A stretch of DNA of 63,803 nucleotides, filler included, from Choristocarpus tenellus KU-1152 (Eukaryota > Protista > Phaeophyceae), in the NCBI GenBank assembly GCA_964200185.2. It is 15 parts of 15 records of this genome, joined end to end, with 100 filler letters (N's around TTAATTAATTAA, not from the genome) between each part and the next. Parts side by side here need not be neighbours in the genome. Positions count along the whole stretch, not along the records: positions 57,978 to 60,681 come from CAXNAD020025481.1; positions 60,782 to 63,803 come from CAXNAD020022874.1; 13 more parts are not named here. One strand, written 5' to 3'. Both the position numbers and the translations under genes were made by a program. This document shows, one piece after another, positions 59,080 through 63,803 of the stretch (position 1 is the first letter of the stretch; each line of letters begins with the position of its first letter). Under the pieces are notes generated by a model. The model worked only from the letters and a program-made list of their open reading frames with translations. It had not been told where the DNA came from and did no database searches.

Positions 59080-60830
59080 AGTCATTGATAATACATTTGA
59101 CTACTGGGTACACGAAGTACCTACCTAATATAGGTGTGTACATCTTTGTTGTAGTTTGTTGTCTGTGCTCTTGATGGTTTGAAGGTGTGGCCCGAAAATT
59201 CGACAGCAATTGTAAGGTGAACACAGTTGCAGACGCAATGGCAACAGCTTACTATAGCGACTAACCCACTCAGTGCATTCCCATATCACCACCCATTCTT
59301 GAACAAAGGGCTACTAGGAGTGATGATTCCAATACAGGATTTCCGCCTTGTTGTTTTGCGACCCTGGCAAACGTAAGCCGTGTGATAGGAGGGGGTGCGT
59401 TCAAGGACCACCACTTGGTATATTTACAATTAGGGTTTAGGGCACCTTGAGTGAACCCGTGCTTCAAGGACGAAACGGAAGATCTTTTTTTCTTTTTTGC
59501 TGTTTTGGGTGCCGTACTTACACGTGGTTTGCTGTGCAGATATGTATGTACATGAGGGCGCCGAAAAGAAATTGTAACTGTAACCTTGTGGAAGCGCAAT
59601 AATTTAAATGTACGAAGATGTATGGAAGCGAATTTGCGCAAGGGGGAATGCTCAACGCCATCGCCAGCAATCAGTGTGACTGTGCATACATGCCCTTCAA
59701 AGACTCCCTTCTTGGCGATAGCATGGATAAGGTACAGACACAAAACCCCCTGGCGAGCTAGCCTAAACAAGAGATATATGTACGCAGTTGCACAGTCACA
59801 CTCCCCCGAAATGCCCAAAGGACATGCCCCTCTTTGCGTGTTTGTCCCTTTGTACATAACGAAAAGGACCTTCAATAAATTCCGATTGATCTTCAGTCAG
59901 TTGCTCCAATGCTGTGACACCTTCGTTTTTGAGGGCTTCTATTGTGGACATGACTACCATGAAAACAAGGAGGATTGTACAAAGGGAGGAAAGGACAAAA
60001 CGGCCAAAACATATTTACCTCTCAGTTGGTAGTGTGGCTCTGCTAGCTTATCTTCACAGTATCGATAGTAGCTTCAGCATGTAGTTTTGCTTGCAAATGG
60101 CCTTCGCCTAGAGTGAGGTGAGGTTAACAGGGCCGGATCGAGGATAACTATGTGGAATGGATTGTGGCAGACAATGGTGGTGAACAGGAGTTTCAATTCT
60201 CCACCTTTGGGGGGGAGGAGGGGGGAGGAAACATGCAATAAATGCAGCGCATGAAAAATCTTCTAATCTGGTATACATATATATATATACTACGTATGCA
60301 GCTAGTGGTTAGTATTGACATTATTGGAAGTATCTGGTACATACAGACAGCAACCAATGGTAATTTTTCGCAGAGTGGTGATGTAATATGGATCACTGAC
60401 AAGACACTGCCCTGAAGTTCAAGCACCTCGATTTGTATGAAATTCGATGTTAAACAACCAAGTCAAAGGTAGAGATAAGGTGGGTCTACATGTCTTCCTG
60501 GTGTAGTAGAGTGTCAATATTGTTCTTCATAGTTCAGGGTACAAATGACTGACCAGGCACACCAAAAAAACAAGCAGCCAATACCATGCCCTGCCATGCA
60601 CCCTCCCCCCCCCCTCCATTAGTGTCTCCGCTTTCACCTGCTGCTACCCCTCGTGATCCATGTCCTTGACACCAATTAACCNNNNNNNNNNNNNNNNNNN
60701 NNNNNNNNNNNNNNNNNNNNNNNNNTTAATTAATTAANNNNNNNNNNNNNNNNNNNNNNNNNNNNNNNNNNNNNNNNNNNNGGGGGGGGGGGGGGGGGGC
60801 GCGGGGGGGTCACCTCTCACAAGACATCAC

Positions 60831-62467
60831 CTTTTCCCCTTGCCAACACGGTAGAAGTCTAGTGACCTAGTCTGCCCTGGCCTGGATAAGTAGGATAGTG
60901 AGGGTGAGGGTGGAGGCAATATACACAAAGAGGTCAGATATGGTAACATCAAATTGGGCAGGGGTTTCATGTTCAACGATTATTTTCAATATTCTTCATT
61001 TCTTCACCACAACACATGCCTCAGCACATCAATACGTTGAACCACATGGGTATACCCAGTAACTTGGCATGGCAAGTGTATGACCCTATGAAGAGACTCC
61101 AAAGAGTGCCTTCTACTTCGCTCCACCACCCACCCCCGTCACTGTACCATTTTTTCTTCAGCAGAATGTTTCCCAACTAATGTTAATCGTGATACACATA
61201 CACTTAACAACCACTATAGTTGGTGACTTCCAGCACAGATCGGTTATGTCTGCCCACTGACGCTAGGGGATGAATCATCCATGCATATCAATCCAACACG
61301 TACGATCTGTACTGGAATAGGACATAAAGTGTCTGCTGAATTTTCATGGGGGGGAGGAGAGGTTGAGGTGCTACATCATGCATCAGCATGGCCAAGAAGT
61401 AATTGTTTGCACAGGAGTAGACTTCATCACACAAAAGAAAGCATCCTCACCCACACCCAAACCATCAACGTTGAAGTACAAGGCACACATGGAGTGGAAT
61501 ATAAATGCTACCTCTGCTCCACGGAAAACTCCGATCTTTTGCTCCGCTCACTCACTTGGGGGAGACCTTGGCAGCTGCTAATGGGACTTTCTGCAATCCC
61601 AGCAGCGCGTTGAGTAGTGTGGACTTGCCGACATTAGATCTCCCTACAAGGGCCACCTCTGGGAGACCTGCTTGTTCTTCTGGGATCTGTAGGAGGGACA
61701 TACATATGGAGAGTATTTGAGTCAGTAGGGTTTCTAAGCAGGAGGACGGGTCCGTTCGTAATCATTGAAACTGAAGAGTAATCCAAGTGGTTGGTGACAA
61801 CACCTACTCACCTCTTTCAGGGTTGAGGCTGATGTAAGGCGCTTCACGGCCCACACAGGATGATCAAAGGTTTTGGGCGTAGATTTTTCATCCTCCTTTC
61901 CTTTTCCTGCCATGGAAGGGAGCAGGAGACCCCTGAGGAAGGGGTGAAAATGTTAGGAATGGTGTGTTATAAAACTGATTATCATCTCAAGACGTGAGTC
62001 CCCTGAAGATACACCAAGCGAACTATGGTTCATATTCGTTTCAACTAACATTAAACATTGTGGATGACATTCTCTGGTACTCACCTCCTATAGTTCGCCC
62101 GCCTCCTCTGCCCCTCTACTTTAGTTTTCTCCATCCCAAGCCCCAGTCGGTCCAGGTGCCGCAGCAGTTTCTGCTCCACATTGATCTATCCAGCGAAAAA
62201 CCACCATTCGACAGGAATTGAGTTCGTTCAATGCAGCTTGAAAAAGTCTGCAAGACGGATTTGATTCAAAGGTATCTGTGAGACCGCCTAGCTACCTCCT
62301 GAGTGGTTGTACCACACCTGCTTGAACTGCTGCCTTTTACTGATGCTTGGAGCGTCAGATGTCGAGCTGGCGTCATTCGTTGCGACGCATCCTCTTAGTG
62401 CAGCGCAGGGGAAAAATTGCCGTTGGGGAGGGGTGAAAGCAAATTTCCATCCTTGGCGAACAAGCAT
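60831..62467 (-). CDS. engB: EngB/YsxC-family ribosome-biogenesis GTPase, organelle-targeted; five 5' exons (partial)
   Basis: Exons 62467-62318, 62185-62085, 61932-61812, 61686-61556 and 60881-60831 are phase-compatible: LTSASTLKE|IPEEQAGLPEVALVGRSNVGKSTLLNALL...VSPK|PGQTRSLDFY (G1 and G2 motifs). Missed by the ORF track. Confidence 0.9.
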
Positions 62468-63041
62468 CACTTCAGATCAGTCTCACATTTCAATCAACAA
62501 CTATATCAGGGGTTTAGTTAAGATGGTGGAAGGCCTTCGAATAAATACGGTGCAATCAATTCAAATATCATTCGTGTTCTTTTTCTACAAAGGATAAAGA
62601 TCCAAATCAATTAAGAACCCTTTTTTGTAAGATGTCTTTATTATCCTCTGTAAGCCACTCTATTTCATCGCTTTATTATGTGCACAATAAATAGTCTACG
62701 CCAAACTGATATTCCCTCTTTCCACACACAAAGTGGTAACACAATTTACCTAACGTTCTTTCTTCAATTTAAGAAATGGCATATTTTTGTCCTTTCTCAG
62801 GATCCTCATAGTGCAACCCTGCCTACCTCTCAGTTGGTTTGTCTGAAAAAGGGGGTTTGGGAACTATTAATAAGATTACACATCAAACTCCAAACCATCT
62901 TGCCAATTAATTGTGGAATTTCAACTTACCTCACCTCCAACTCACTCCATATATAATGCTTTCAAGTCATGGGAGGGTTGTCCCACCTACACGTTACGTA
63001 CCTACCTATCTATAAATTACGTATATCGTCTCGCTGCGAAG

Positions 63042-63042
<1 letters not shown>

Positions 63043-63084
<42 letters not shown>

Positions 63085-63098
63085 ACTACTACTACTAC
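63043..63098. repeat. (CTG)n followed by (CTA)n microsatellite
   Basis: Seen directly. Confidence 0.9.
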
Positions 63099-63803
63099 GC
63101 ACTACCAAGCAAGGCTGAAGCAACGTTACTATTATGGTGCGGAAGTGGTTAATAAGGTAATTGACCTTGTACATGATTGATTTTTTTATCAGACAGAACC
63201 ACAAATGGCCCATATTGCTTGAACATAACCATATGAAAACGAAAATATAGCCATGTCTCATGGCAAAGTGTAGAGGTCTCTAACAATAAACAACGTAACA
63301 CCCCTTCGCAAGAATAGAACACCTTGATGCTGTCTCCGCTCATCATGCCACCAGGCATTCCATGAGTGGAAACACCTTGCACGCCATTTCCGCTCGAAAA
63401 TCCACGTGCCGGAGAAAATGTCTTGCAAGCTGTGACCAGGATTTGTGACTGCCTGTTGGTTGCATGTTACACGCGAGTTTCGTATCATTTCTACACATCA
63501 TAAATCAGGAGCATACACCAGGCTGGGCAGGTAACATGTCCTGTTACAGGCGAATAGCGTGAGCGTTTCTTCTTGTATTTCAACAAAGTTTGAGCATTTG
63601 TTACACACGAATAGCGCGAACATTTTCTCCTCATGTGTTAGGAAATACGAACATTTGTAACAGACATATATATAGTGCGAAGATTGTTTTTCGAGTTCTG
63701 AGAAGTGCGAACTATATACGATATTAGTAACACATAGGTTAACCTTACAGAATAAGTGATTATTTTGAGAAGATGCAGAGTAAGATTCGGAATACCTACG
63801 TAA

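Noticed and set aside
58130-60032. Long ORFs of 192, 201 and 148 aa
   Set aside because: No motifs or convincing splice structure, and the last two overlap on opposite strands; likely chance or decayed TE.
62913-63261. Poly-Cys/poly-Ser ORFs
   Set aside because: Translation of a (CTG)n microsatellite.

Overview
This window is not one locus. It is 15 short eukaryotic contigs joined by 14 artificial 100-nt linkers (44 N + TTAATTAATTAA + 44 N), so neighbourhoods across linkers mean nothing. The DNA is intron-rich and repeat-rich with TTAGGG-type repeats; gene content suggests a stramenopile, probably a brown alga (inference). Spliced host genes reconstructed by eye, all partial: a secreted parallel beta-helix protein resembling the phaeovirus-associated EsV-1-164/FirrV-1-B30 family, DDX41/abstrakt, an organellar methionine aminopeptidase, a PP2C phosphatase, an EngB/YsxC GTPase and an ankyrin-repeat protein. 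Mobile DNA: about 21 copies of three MITE families sharing GRNNNAAAGTA termini with mostly 3-bp TSDs, two decayed DD39D-type mariner transposases, a DDE_3-type fragment, a rearranged Ty1/copia element, a foldback element, and an intact spliced pogo/CENP-B-like ORF lacking most of its catalytic core. Best leads: telomeric hexamers written into individual MITE copies; the catalytically deleted CENP-B-like gene with a Cys/His finger; a divergent Cys-rich transposase-like/ParB-like ORF pair around a ~250-bp tandem array; and the intron-containing virus-related beta-helix gene. No database searches were run; family names come from motif recognition.
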